From Acidobacteriota bacterium (GTDB lineage: Bacteria > Acidobacteriota > UBA6911): a DNA stretch of 64,000 nt. Below the pieces are notes generated by a model. It had not been told where the DNA came from. It saw only the letters and a list, made by a program, of their open reading frames with translations, and ran no database searches. The stretch spans positions 5,568,001-5,632,000 of the forward strand of contig OY761556.1 in NCBI GenBank assembly GCA_963664705.1. Direction: 5' to 3'. Numbering within the stretch: position 1 is the first letter of the stretch; each line of letters starts with the position of its first letter. Positions 10,785 through 20,404 of the stretch are shown piece by piece. The translations under genes and the position numbers were made by a program.

Positions 10785-11591
10785 CTAAATTTCGTAAAAA
10801 TTGTTGGAATTCTCCCAGACCGCCTGCTCGACCGCTTCTGCCGGCTCGGACCGCAGAGTTTTTAGAAAATCCAGGACGTGCCGCGTAAACGCCGGTTCAT
10901 TGGTACTGAATTTATCGCGGACAGCTTGAGGTACCAGGAAGGGCGCATCCGTTTCCACCAGGATCCGGTTCAGCGGCAATCTGCGCGCTGTTTCCTGGAC
11001 GGCTGTTGATCGCGCGTACGTCAGAATGCCCGAAAACGAAAAATAGATACCATCCGACCAACCCATCAGTTTTTCAGCAAAAGCCATATTCTCACTGTAA
11101 CAATGGATGACCGCGCGCCGGATTTCGCATTCCTTGAGGAGCGCGAAGGTATCGTTGGCGGCATCCCGCGTGTGTATGATCAGCGGCAGGCTGAGCCGGA
11201 GCGATAGTTCGGCCTGCGCGGAAAAAAAGACGCGCTGGGTTTCCTTTTGTTCTTTTTCTTTGCCCCGGGTCACGTGAAAGTAATCGAATCCGGTCTCTCC
11301 AATGCCGACCATCTTGTCGCGGTTGGCCTGGATGAGAGCCTCAAACTGAGTCATCAGTTCGGCTGCGGCGCTTTGCGGCAGGTCCTGGCAGCCGGTGGGA
11401 TGAATGCCGGCAGTGCACCAGGTGTTGTCTCCCCATTCGCGTGCCAGGTCCAGGGCTATCCGGCTTTTTTCGAGTCCTACGCCGATTTGCACGGAGCGTG
11501 CTACTCCTTCGGCCAACATGTTGCGTCGTACGTCCGGAGTCCTGTTTCCGAGCCCCTTCATGTATGCGTGGCAGTGTGTATCAAATATCAT
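10785..11591 (-). CDS. tatD: TatD-family metal-dependent DNase
   Basis: DTHCH, GIHP, IGETGFDY, IIHTR, IHCYS and ETDAP motifs. Confidence 0.92.
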   Translation of the reverse strand: MIFDTHCHAYMKGLGNRTPDVRRNMLAEGVARSVQIGVGLEKSRIALDLAREWGDNTWCTAGIHPTGCQDLPQSAAAELMTQFEALIQANRDKMVGIGETGFDYFHVTRGKEKEQKETQRVFFSAQAELSLRLSLPLIIHTRDAANDTFALLKECEIRRAVIHCYSENMAFAEKLMGWSDGIYFSFSGILTYARSTAVQETARRLPLNRILVETDAPFLVPQAVRDKFSTNEPAFTRHVLDFLKTLRSEPAEAVEQAVWENSNNFYEI

Positions 11592-11697
11592 GATTCTATG
11601 CTATCACAATACCGGGAGAGCCGTCCCGGCGTCATCGCGCCGCGGAAATGGCCGCGCTCAGTAACCGATTCACGAGGCTAACCGACAAGGACCGGTC

Positions 11698-12228
11698 ATG
11701 AGAAACATAGTGATTGCAGTTCTGATCTGTACCGTGCACCTGTTTGGACAGGTATCGGACCCCCAAAAGGGGGTAGCCGCTGATCCCTGGAAACCGCTGC
11801 AATTTCTCGTTGGCACATGGGAGGCAAAAACCGCTGGCGGTTCAGCAGGAGCGGTCAGTTCCGGAACCTATGCATTTCAAATGGAGCTGAAAAATCATGT
11901 GATGGTCCGCCGGACGTTCGGAGGCCAATGCAAGGGTCCCGCGGATTTCAACTGCGAACACAATGACGTTCTGTATACGTATATCAAAGCGCCGGGAGAG
12001 CGATGGAAGGCGATATTCTTCGATAATGAGGGACACGTCATTTACTACAATGTGTCGGTGCCGCGTCCGAACAACGTGGTTTTTTCTTCGGACGCGGTGC
12101 AACCGGGGCCTGCATACCGGTTGAGCTATGAATTAAAAGACAAGGAGTTGTCCGGGAAGTTCGAAATGCGGCTGCCAGGGCAATCCGTATTCACGTCCTA
12201 CCTGGAATGGAGCGGCGGGCGGAAATGA
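11698..12228 (+). CDS. Secreted hypothetical protein, probable beta-barrel
   Basis: Signal peptide; LQFLVGTWE and FFDNEGH motifs. Confidence 0.65.
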   Translation: MRNIVIAVLICTVHLFGQVSDPQKGVAADPWKPLQFLVGTWEAKTAGGSAGAVSSGTYAFQMELKNHVMVRRTFGGQCKGPADFNCEHNDVLYTYIKAPGERWKAIFFDNEGHVIYYNVSVPRPNNVVFSSDAVQPGPAYRLSYELKDKELSGKFEMRLPGQSVFTSYLEWSGGRK

Positions 12229-12239
12229 ACCCGCGGGCG

Positions 12240-15161
12240 CTATAGCGGCTTCAAAAGTTCGATCAACTCTTCCCGTGTGAATATTTTGCTCAGCTCCGGA
12301 TTGTCGGCCTCGACGACGGCATTCATCAGGCGCCGCTTCCGTTCGATGATGGCTGAGATTTTTTCTTCCAGTGTCCCCTCGGTTACCAGCTTGAAGACCT
12401 GGACAGCTCGTTTCTGACCGATTCTATGGACGCGATCGGTTGCCTGGTCTTCTCTCGCGGCATTCCACCACCGATCGTAATGCAGAACCGTAGAACCGCC
12501 GACGAGATCAATGCCGATTCCGCCCGCCTTGAGGCTTCCCAGGAACACCCGGCAGTTTGCGTCCTCGTTGAAACGCCGGATGAGGTCGCCGCGATTCTGG
12601 CTGGCCCCGGTCAGGGTGACCGATTCTATCCCGAGCGTGCCGAGCAGCCGTTGCATCATTTCGATCATTCCGAGGTACTGGGTGAAGACAACGATCTTTT
12701 GCCCGGTGTCGAGCGTTTCAATAAGCAGTTCCTTGAACAGATCCCATTTGCCCGATTCATAGCTTTCGTAATTTTCAATCTGGTTCAGCGCCAGGGCCGG
12801 GTGGTCGCAGATTCGTTTGAGCAGGTTGAGCAGAGCGAAAACATGAATGTACGGCAGCTGGCGGGGATTGGACTCGAGATGCGAGAGCAGCGGCGCTCCC
12901 TTGGTGGCCAGGGCCTCTCGATAGAGCTTCACCTGCATCTCGCTCAGCGCGCAGGTTCGCAAATCCTCAATTTTTTCCGGGAGTTCTTCGAGCACGTCCT
13001 TCTTCAGCCGGCGGAGCGTGAAGGGGGAAATCATCCGCTTCAACTGAGGCAGGGCTGACGAGGCTTCGGGATTTGAATCCGTGACGGCATAGCGTGAGAT
13101 GAAGGCTTCGTCAGTTCCGAGATAGCCTGGAAGAACCATGTCCAGCAGCGATTTCAGCTCCGTCAGGGAGTTTTCGATTGGGGTCCCGGTCAAGCCGATG
13201 CGCGTCTTCGCCTGGATCAAAGAGGCTGCTTGGTATCCCTGGGTATCGCTGTTTTTCAGGTTCTGAATTTCGTCGAATATGGCCAGGGAGAAGGGAATCT
13301 CCTTGAGCCGCGATATATCGTTGCGGAGCACTCCATAGGAGGTGAGAACAACTTCCCCCTTGCGTCGCTTCTTTCCCAAATCCCGCTTGTCTCCGTGGTA
13401 GGCGATGGGAGACAGGCCGGGGGCGTGGTCGCGCAGCTTGTTGCGCCAGTGACTGATCACTGTGGTGGGGCATACGACGAGAAACGGTTCCGTTGTCTTT
13501 TGAGTTTCCTTGAGCCAGGCCATCAAAGCCATGGCCTGGTGAGTCTTGCCCAATCCCATGTCATCACAGAGCAGGCCGCCGAGTTCATTCTCTGTAAGGA
13601 AACGGAGCCAGTCCACTCCTTTGACCTGGTAGGGGCGTAGTTGCGTGGCAAGTCCTTTTGTGGTCTCCCACGGTTTTGAAGGGGAGAGTGCCAGCAGGCG
13701 ATTGAGGATTTGGGACTGCTGTTCCTCTCCGGTGACCTGGACCGGTTTGGCGCAGGTGCTGAAAATGCGCAGGAGATTGGCCGCCGAGACGGCGACTCCC
13801 TTGTTGCCGTTGGCTTGTTTTCCCGACATCTGGTTTTCAATGCTCTCCAGCGGCTTCAGCGCGTCGCAGTACAGATCGATCCAGCCATTTCCGGTCTCGA
13901 GGTATGTTTTCCCTTCCTGCCGCGCTTTCAGAATTTCCGCGAGGCTGATGGTGCTGTCGCCGAAGCGGTAACGGACGGAGAGCCAGAACCAGCTTCGCTG
14001 GAGGGCCTCCATCGATATCTCCATCCGGTCGAAATCCCGGAAGACCGACAGCTCGCGCAGCGGGGCATCGAGGACGACGCTGCCGGCTGCGATCTGCTGC
14101 ATATTTTCATCCAGGAACGATGGCAGCTGGCTCTTTTTGAGGTGCATTGAAACCGGGCTTGCGAATTTTCGGGTTGCGTCGGCACGCTCCAGTTCCGCGA
14201 GCAGGTTCATTTCCTTGATATAGACAAGATCACCATAACGGAATTTGGCAAAGTCTTCGCGTTCGTAAAAACTGGCCTCGCCGGAGGCCTGCAGCGCCTG
14301 GATCATCGGGCGGACTTCCAGGTCGAGTTGTGTTGTCTGGGTCACGCGAAAGATGGATTTCAGCGGCACCGGGTGGATGGCCATGCCGGGCTGATCCGGA
14401 AATTCTGCGGCGAGAAAACTGAGAATCCTGCGCACGCGCATCCGTGGGATGGAAATTTCGATCACGGGTCCGGGTGCATTTTGAGGGATTCCGGCGAGCA
14501 GGAAATCACCGGAATCCGGATCGATGGTCGGGCGGAAAGACCATGTCTGCCCGTATTCCCGGAACGCATGATACGCGAGGCGTCCCCAGAAGCTTTGTTC
14601 GGCAGCCTGCCGACGCGTGAGCATTCCGACCTTGTTCATCGCCTGTTCTTCTTCGGTGCTCTGGAAGGAGGCGAGCCGCTGAATCAGTTCCTCGCGCGAG
14701 GGCGAGTCCGGCTTCCTTGGGATTTTACCGATGCGCTCGATAAAGCGAAGCGATGCGGGCGATGGATCCAGGAGCCGGGCCAGCACCGCGTTGCTGGTGC
14801 GCGTGAATATATAAATGATGCCGGCGGGTCCCTGGGTTTCCGCGACCTGGATTTTGTCGCAAAGAACCGGATCCCCTTCGCTGAGGAGGGCAGTGAGGCG
14901 AGACCATATGAACTTTGAGAGAATCTCGGCCGGGCTCTGGTCGCTGTTGAGCGATTTGAGCCTGGCTGTGAGTTCAATCAGCAGGGAAAAATGCTTGCAG
15001 CTTTTTACTTTTCGACTTTCCCGGCAGTTGCAATAGCCGGTCATTACATTGCCGCCGGCGGTGCGGGGGAAACAGATGGGCGCGCCCGGATCCTGGTCCC
15101 GGAGGTCGGCGAGCAGGCCGTAGCCGTCTCGGAAAAATTCCATGTTCTGAAAGTCAGTCAT
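12240..15161 (-). CDS. SNF2/Swi2-family helicase with N-terminal SWIM-like Zn finger
   Basis: CNC...CKH; LRPYQ, DDMGLGKT, DEIQ, TGTPIEN and QATDRVHRIGQ motifs. Confidence 0.93.
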   Translation of the reverse strand: MTDFQNMEFFRDGYGLLADLRDQDPGAPICFPRTAGGNVMTGYCNCRESRKVKSCKHFSLLIELTARLKSLNSDQSPAEILSKFIWSRLTALLSEGDPVLCDKIQVAETQGPAGIIYIFTRTSNAVLARLLDPSPASLRFIERIGKIPRKPDSPSREELIQRLASFQSTEEEQAMNKVGMLTRRQAAEQSFWGRLAYHAFREYGQTWSFRPTIDPDSGDFLLAGIPQNAPGPVIEISIPRMRVRRILSFLAAEFPDQPGMAIHPVPLKSIFRVTQTTQLDLEVRPMIQALQASGEASFYEREDFAKFRYGDLVYIKEMNLLAELERADATRKFASPVSMHLKKSQLPSFLDENMQQIAAGSVVLDAPLRELSVFRDFDRMEISMEALQRSWFWLSVRYRFGDSTISLAEILKARQEGKTYLETGNGWIDLYCDALKPLESIENQMSGKQANGNKGVAVSAANLLRIFSTCAKPVQVTGEEQQSQILNRLLALSPSKPWETTKGLATQLRPYQVKGVDWLRFLTENELGGLLCDDMGLGKTHQAMALMAWLKETQKTTEPFLVVCPTTVISHWRNKLRDHAPGLSPIAYHGDKRDLGKKRRKGEVVLTSYGVLRNDISRLKEIPFSLAIFDEIQNLKNSDTQGYQAASLIQAKTRIGLTGTPIENSLTELKSLLDMVLPGYLGTDEAFISRYAVTDSNPEASSALPQLKRMISPFTLRRLKKDVLEELPEKIEDLRTCALSEMQVKLYREALATKGAPLLSHLESNPRQLPYIHVFALLNLLKRICDHPALALNQIENYESYESGKWDLFKELLIETLDTGQKIVVFTQYLGMIEMMQRLLGTLGIESVTLTGASQNRGDLIRRFNEDANCRVFLGSLKAGGIGIDLVGGSTVLHYDRWWNAAREDQATDRVHRIGQKRAVQVFKLVTEGTLEEKISAIIERKRRLMNAVVEADNPELSKIFTREELIELLKPL

Positions 15162-15267
15162 GCGGAGCTGAAGGATAGTATTGATCCGCCAGCGTATCCA
15201 GCAATTTCAAAAATTTTCCTGAAGAAAAGCAAAAAGGATCAAAATTGAGGGAAAGGATCCCGCTATA

Positions 15268-16164
15268 GTGTTTGCTATGACTGAGATGAACTATCTGCAA
15301 AACATACTTCGCGCGGTGGATTTCATGGAGCGGAACCTGAACGCTCCCGTGTCGGTTGCGGCGATTGCGTCAGCGGGTGCGTATTCCACTTTTCATTTTC
15401 TTCGACTCTTCAAGATTCTGACCGGAGAAACGCCGGGGAGTTATTTGCGAAGGCGGAGACTGGCCGAGGCGGCAAATGAGCTTGTGCGCAGCCGCAGGCG
15501 GATCATCGAGATAGCGCTGGAATATCAGTTCGGGTCGCAGGAAGCCTTTAGCAGAGCGTTCCGGGAATGTTTTGGATTGACGCCGCTGGCATTTAGGCGG
15601 CGAGGGGGGCTGCATTCTCTGGAGGCCGCGCGGCGGATTGACGCGGCGGCTCTCATTCACTATCAGGAGGGAGTGACAATGGAACCGAGGATGGAGACGA
15701 AGGGGCCGGTGAATCTGGTCGGGTTGGTCTATTATGGGGACAACAAAAACTGGGAAATACCGAAGCTATGGGAAGAGTTCATCCCGTCGATGGGGAAGAT
15801 CCCGAATGCGCTGCCGGGTGGTGAGGCATATGGCGTCTGTTTTTATTCCGGGAATTTTTCAAAGACGGGTCTGTTTTACTACCTGGCGGCGCTGCCGGTT
15901 CTGAGCCTGGAGAATATTCCGATGGAGATGGTGGGGAAGACGCTCCCGGCTTCCGATTATGCGGTTTTCACGCACAGTGGCGCGCTGGTGGGGGAATCGA
16001 AGACGATTCGGGATACGTACGGGTATGCGTACGGCACCTGGCTGCCGCGGTCGGGCTTCGAGAATCCGTTTGGGTTTGATTTTGAATTTTATGGCGAGCG
16101 GTTCCACGGGAATCAGGATCCGAACTCGGAGATCGAGGTCTGGATTCCGATCCAAAAGAAATAG
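15268..16164 (+). CDS. AraC-family regulator with GyrI-like effector domain
   Basis: Double HTH (FGSQEAFSRAF...FGLTP); C-terminal YAVFTH...WLP...DFE-x-Y. Confidence 0.9.
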   Translation: MFAMTEMNYLQNILRAVDFMERNLNAPVSVAAIASAGAYSTFHFLRLFKILTGETPGSYLRRRRLAEAANELVRSRRRIIEIALEYQFGSQEAFSRAFRECFGLTPLAFRRRGGLHSLEAARRIDAAALIHYQEGVTMEPRMETKGPVNLVGLVYYGDNKNWEIPKLWEEFIPSMGKIPNALPGGEAYGVCFYSGNFSKTGLFYYLAALPVLSLENIPMEMVGKTLPASDYAVFTHSGALVGESKTIRDTYGYAYGTWLPRSGFENPFGFDFEFYGERFHGNQDPNSEIEVWIPIQKK

Positions 16165-16185
16165 GGGCCGTGGGATAAAGCTGTC

Positions 16186-16214
16186 TTGACTAGAAGGACG
16201 GGGCCGTGTAGAGT
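16186..16214 (+). promoter_or_regulatory. Sigma70-type promoter of tRNA-Ala
   Basis: TTGACT-17 bp-TAGAGT, ending 11 nt before the tRNA. Confidence 0.75.
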
Positions 16215-16225
16215 TAACGGCCTGT

Positions 16226-16301
16226 GGGGCTGTAGCTCAGCTGGGAGAGTGCCTGACTGGCAGTCAGGAGGTCACGAGTTCGATCCTCGTCAGCTCCACC
16301 A
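16226..16301 (+). tRNA. tRNA-Ala(GGC)
   Basis: 76-nt cloverleaf GGGGCTG...CAGCTCCACCA; G3-U70 pair; anticodon arm CCTGA-CTGGCAG-TCAGG; GTTCGAT T-loop; encoded CCA. Confidence 0.97.
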
Positions 16302-16346
16302 ATAAAATCAATAACTTACAGCCGCAACAAAAATCTCAAAATCAAA

Positions 16347-17076
16347 AAAGGTAACACAAAGGTAACAACCGCAAAAAATTTTTCATTCAATCTCTTTGCC
16401 TTATTTGGCGAAAAAGCATTCGTTACGACAAATCCCAACCAGTTCTGGTCCAAAATCGGGATCATGAGGGCTAACTTCTTCAGAAAATTTGCCTGAAGGT
16501 TGTGAAGACCGCTCCTTGTGGATTGTCGTCTACGAGTCAAAAGGTCGCAAGTTCGAGTCTTGCCGGGCGCACTTGAAAACAAAAGACTTGCGGATTCCAT
16601 CCCAAAGCAAAAACCCAAAAAGGTAACATAAAGGTAACAGCCGAAGACAAAATGTAACGGACGTTGCCCTCTATTGCCGCGGGACTGCGCCGTATAATTC
16701 GTTTTCATCGCGCTCTAGTCGCCATCTGCTTACCAGGACCACATCGTGCAGTGATTACAATGGAGTGTTGTTTATCGGAATGCTGAAACCTTCGGATTTA
16801 AGTTCCGTCGTAGCTTGCCTATCGGAATTATTCCAAAGATATAACTCCTAAAAGGTAGCATAAAGGTAACGGCCGAAAGCAGGAGAAGAAATGGCCCAGA
16901 AACACAGGACTTAAAAGTCAGGGAGGCAAGTTTTCCCAACCCGTTCAGGCGACCGAAGAACATCAATTATCTCTCGCCCGCTCTATCGCTTATCGTCCAA
17001 ACTGATACAAAAGAAACAAGCTCCTGATTGCTCCTTTGCATCTGTTTGAGCGAAAAAGGGGCAACAACGGGGCAAC
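16347..17076 (+). repeat. Four pairs of 11-bp-period direct repeats (GGT/CAAC), integrase arm-site-like
   Basis: AAAGGTAACACAAAGGTAAC 16347-16366; AAAGGTAACATAAAGGTAAC 16619-16638; AAAGGTAGCATAAAGGTAAC 16851-16870; GGCAACAACGGGGCAAC 17060-17076. Confidence 0.7.
16530..16572 (+). pseudogene. Degenerate 3' half of a tRNA (Arg-ACG-like), probable att remnant
   Basis: CTACGAGTCAAAAGGTC-GCAAG-TTCGAGT-CTTGC-CGGGCGCAC: anticodon-loop remnant, intact T arm and acceptor 3' strand; no 5' half. Confidence 0.7.
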
Positions 17077-17157
17077 GAGTACCTTATAGGATATTGCATT
17101 AGGTTGAGAAACTTTGCGAGACGGCTATTTGGGGAAACTGACGGATCTTTTTAATGC

Positions 17158-17202
17158 GCCGGGAGCGACCTCGCGTTAGGAGAGCGCTCCCGGCCACTTT
17201 TT
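17158..17202. terminator. Stem-loop, probable intrinsic terminator
   Basis: GCCGGGAGCG...CGCTCCCGGC 10-bp stem; T-run follows on the + strand. Confidence 0.5.
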
Positions 17203-17217
17203 CTGGCGATGGGGGGG

Positions 17218-17373
17218 TCAATCTGATCGAGGTTCCTGTATAGTGGTAGCAGGCCTCTCGTCCTCATCTGATGAGAACCTATTCGTCTCCTCATTTGAGG
17301 TTTTTTTCCAATCGGGCAGTTCATCAAATTCCCGATTGACTGTCTCGATCACCTCTTTTAACCATTCCGCCAT
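17218..17373 (-). CDS. Small 51-aa acidic protein directly downstream of the dCTP deaminase
   Basis: MAEWLKEVIETVNREFDELPDWKK...; GAGGA RBS; starts 10 nt after the deaminase stop. Confidence 0.55.
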   Translation of the reverse strand: MAEWLKEVIETVNREFDELPDWKKTSNEETNRFSSDEDERPATTIQEPRSD

Positions 17374-17383
17374 GATATCCTCT

Positions 17384-18958
17384 CTATTCAATAATGCCAC
17401 ATTCGTTGATACGTTCGCTAAGAATCCTAAGCTCTCTGAGTTCTTTTTCAAGGTACACGGCAGGATCTTCATAATAGCGAAGCTTGGCGTCCTTGGGAGA
17501 AAATGGCAGCACTGATCCGTCCTCCTTTTTACGCCTGCTCATTGTGAAAAGATTCATATATTGCCGGGGCGCAATGCCGACGAACGGCTCGAATGCAATC
17601 TGAGTGTTATTATGACGCTCCCCGTCAACAGCTATCGAATCCGGATACAATTCCGCTGTCAGGCTCTTGGCGTATGGCTCAACATAAACAACTCTGCCGA
17701 TTCCTGCTGCTACGATGTGACGGGCACACAAATGACAAGGGAACGTAGTCACATACATGGTACAACCTTCGACGGGCACACCTCTTCGCGCCGCATTTGT
17801 GAGCGCCGCCATCTCGGCGTGAACGGCTCGGCCATATTCAATCACGTTGCGTATTTTGCAATCCTTTGGCAGTACCGGTTTATCAGGGTCGAGGGCTTGC
17901 CTGACTAATTCCCTGATGTCGAGATCGGTTTGGGCTGGAGCGAGCCACTTAGCGCCCTTCAGAAGAGAAAGGGTCTCAGCGATCAGATTTCGTTTCTGTT
18001 CTTCGCTGGCGTCAACCCCCTGCTGAAAATCCCTTTTGTCGGGCTCGTCACCTGTCCAATAGAGGCCACCCCCGGCTTTGGGTACTTCGTTACAGCCCAC
18101 AGCAACAATGTCCCCTGCCTCTGTCGCGATCGCGGCTCCAACCTGCCGACCCAACTCGGCGGATCGTAGTGCTGCGGCCTGGGCATGAAACATTGCGTAT
18201 TCGGCTTTTCTTGGAGTGTTAAATGTATTGCCGAAAAGCAAATCCATAAAGCGCTGGATCGAGGGACCGAGGTTTTGCTGATCGCTCATATCGACAAAAA
18301 GGTCGGCTCTATGGAACGTGTCACGCGTGTTCTGGCCGTAGGCAGTCCCCACTTCCTCCTGATCGCGCAACATCAGTTCATCTGCTTTCGGCAAAAACTT
18401 CTCGAATGGAAATTCGGTCCGCGATTCTGCGATCCGCTTTGCAAGATGAACCCGCCGGTCCTTTGATGGCGAATATGCCGCCACTAGGTAGAAAGATGCC
18501 CCGTATATCTGCCTGAGTGCGTGCACCTCCGCTGGGTTTTTCAAGGAACGAAGGATGTGACCGCGTCGATAGACCTTCCCAGCGGCAGATTTGCCGTATT
18601 CTGCCCGCTCGTTCTTGATTTTCGCCACTCCAAGGAGAGCGACAGCTTGGTTCAGTTTCGTCCGTAGCCGAAAATCGTCGCCAGCTTCCATGTGAGTTTC
18701 TGTGTACTCGTCGAGAAATTTCGTAGGGAGGGAGTTGTACGGCTTCAAGGCGTGAAGCAGTGCGGCAAGTCGTTGTCTCGATGAGTCATATTCAAACGTA
18801 AGGAGAGCATTCTCTATTGCGCCCGACAGGCGGTCCAATTCGGTCCCGACCGCACCGACTAATCCGATGACGAGCTCCGATGCTGGTTCCGCCTTTGATG
18901 GATTGCTTTTTTGCACCTCGGGCATATTCGCCGGACTTTCTGCGTTTTCCGATGTCAT
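17384..18958 (-). CDS. Anti-phage dCTP deaminase (AvcD/Dcd-like; P-loop kinase-like + deaminase)
   Basis: ELVIGLVGAVGT N-domain; RQVGAAI, GCNEVPKAGGG, VHAEM, FPCHLC and EPYAKS motifs. Confidence 0.92.
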   Translation of the reverse strand: MTSENAESPANMPEVQKSNPSKAEPASELVIGLVGAVGTELDRLSGAIENALLTFEYDSSRQRLAALLHALKPYNSLPTKFLDEYTETHMEAGDDFRLRTKLNQAVALLGVAKIKNERAEYGKSAAGKVYRRGHILRSLKNPAEVHALRQIYGASFYLVAAYSPSKDRRVHLAKRIAESRTEFPFEKFLPKADELMLRDQEEVGTAYGQNTRDTFHRADLFVDMSDQQNLGPSIQRFMDLLFGNTFNTPRKAEYAMFHAQAAALRSAELGRQVGAAIATEAGDIVAVGCNEVPKAGGGLYWTGDEPDKRDFQQGVDASEEQKRNLIAETLSLLKGAKWLAPAQTDLDIRELVRQALDPDKPVLPKDCKIRNVIEYGRAVHAEMAALTNAARRGVPVEGCTMYVTTFPCHLCARHIVAAGIGRVVYVEPYAKSLTAELYPDSIAVDGERHNNTQIAFEPFVGIAPRQYMNLFTMSRRKKEDGSVLPFSPKDAKLRYYEDPAVYLEKELRELRILSERINECGIIE

Positions 18959-19267
18959 TGGTTCGGCCGAATTGTAAACCTAAATCGCTGCGCTGAAATG
19001 GAAATTTATGAAAAAATCACTTCGGCGATTCTCGGACAACAAACGGCGCCCTTGTTGGTGATGAGGGAAAAAGAGATGGTGGCTTCTGCTCTTCATCACT
19101 GGATCGACCTGGACAGCCCGTATCCGATGAACGTCACCTTCGGCAAATCGGGCTGTCTAGGCCGCATCCTGAACGGACCTTCGGTCTTCCAGCCGTCTTT
19201 TTTAAGATCCCTCAGCGCTTCTTTTTCCCTGCAAGTGGAGATAGTTAGGTTAACGACTAGCGTAGAT

Positions 19268-20404
19268 TCACATTTGTCTGACGAACACCTTGGACAGTAC
19301 CGAAGGCATAAGAACGGAGAGTGCTTCTTCGGTTTCATGTTGCGTTTTGTTCAGCAATTCGACTTTCGCAAAGACTGCACAAATCTTTTCCTGCCATTCA
19401 ACCGGCGGAAGCATCAGACGATGGGAAAGGATTCGATCAGGCTGCACCCGCTGTCTTCGATTGCCTAATCCCTTACTGCCCGCCGCAACTTCAGCCCAAA
19501 TCCCTGGTGATTTAAAATAACTGAATAGGAATTCCGCCTTTATGCGATCAGAACAATCAAAGGTTGGATATTCGTTGGAAACGAAGCATCCATCAAATTG
19601 TTTGGATACAATCCCATATGCTCCTTCAAACGCGAACAACCGACTATAAATGAATTGGCCGGAGTGGATTCGATTAAGCGACGATGCGCTTGTCATCATG
19701 CCATCAATAGGTGATTTGTCGAATAGTCCGCGACCGAAGCTATAGATTCCCGCATTGGGATACTTGGCATCAAGCCTTACGGGATGAGGATCGAATGTTT
19801 GGCGGATTACCTCTTCCAAAACAACAGAACTCCATCCCATTTTGCATTTGGAGCGATCGTCGAGGTCATCTCGATGGGCCATCGTTATCAATAGACTGTT
19901 CAATTCTTTGATGCTCTGTTTCCGCAAATCGCGTGCCTCGTCGACCTTTTTGGACAGTTCCTCAATCTTAGCGACAATTCGAAGCTGCTCAATAACGGGA
20001 GGGAGGGGGATTTGGACCCCAGAAATATCCTGGACCTTTAGCGATACGTTTGCGGTGCCCAGCATCAACGGTACAAAATATTCATCTTTCTTGGCCATAA
20101 GAAGGAAATACAGGTATTTCGGATTACAGATATTTAGTTCCTTCGGGAGCAGAGCCACCAATAGATTTGAAAGCGCAAATTTTCCTTCCTGAAAATGAAC
20201 CCTATGAAGAGCCGCATCCCCATGCCCAGTCGAAGAAACTAACGGTATGCAAACAGCAGGACCTTCTAGCTGATAGTTTTTGGACGTTCGCCTATACGCA
20301 GCCGTAACCACAAGAGGGTAGCTGCCTGGCTCTGTTTTCATGGCTGGAGACTCCCCTTTTATCAGAGTACAAATATCCCCAATTTGAAAATATTTAAAAG
20401 TCAT
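19268..20404 (-). CDS. hsdS: Type I R-M specificity subunit
   Basis: Two TRD-like halves ending IPLPPVIEQLRIV and LPPVEWQEKI; directly follows hsdM. Confidence 0.88.
   Translation of the reverse strand: MTFKYFQIGDICTLIKGESPAMKTEPGSYPLVVTAAYRRTSKNYQLEGPAVCIPLVSSTGHGDAALHRVHFQEGKFALSNLLVALLPKELNICNPKYLYFLLMAKKDEYFVPLMLGTANVSLKVQDISGVQIPLPPVIEQLRIVAKIEELSKKVDEARDLRKQSIKELNSLLITMAHRDDLDDRSKCKMGWSSVVLEEVIRQTFDPHPVRLDAKYPNAGIYSFGRGLFDKSPIDGMMTSASSLNRIHSGQFIYSRLFAFEGAYGIVSKQFDGCFVSNEYPTFDCSDRIKAEFLFSYFKSPGIWAEVAAGSKGLGNRRQRVQPDRILSHRLMLPPVEWQEKICAVFAKVELLNKTQHETEEALSVLMPSVLSKVFVRQM

Noticed and set aside
16530-16572. Second functional tRNA
   Set aside because: No D arm, no 5' acceptor strand and no CCA; kept as an att remnant.
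16316-16966. 130-aa and 64-aa ORFs after the tRNA
   Set aside because: They translate att/arm repeats and the tRNA fragment; there are no protein-like features.
19096-19338. 80-aa ORF between hsdS and the deaminase
   Set aside because: Overlaps hsdS and lacks a credible start or RBS; at most a gene remnant.
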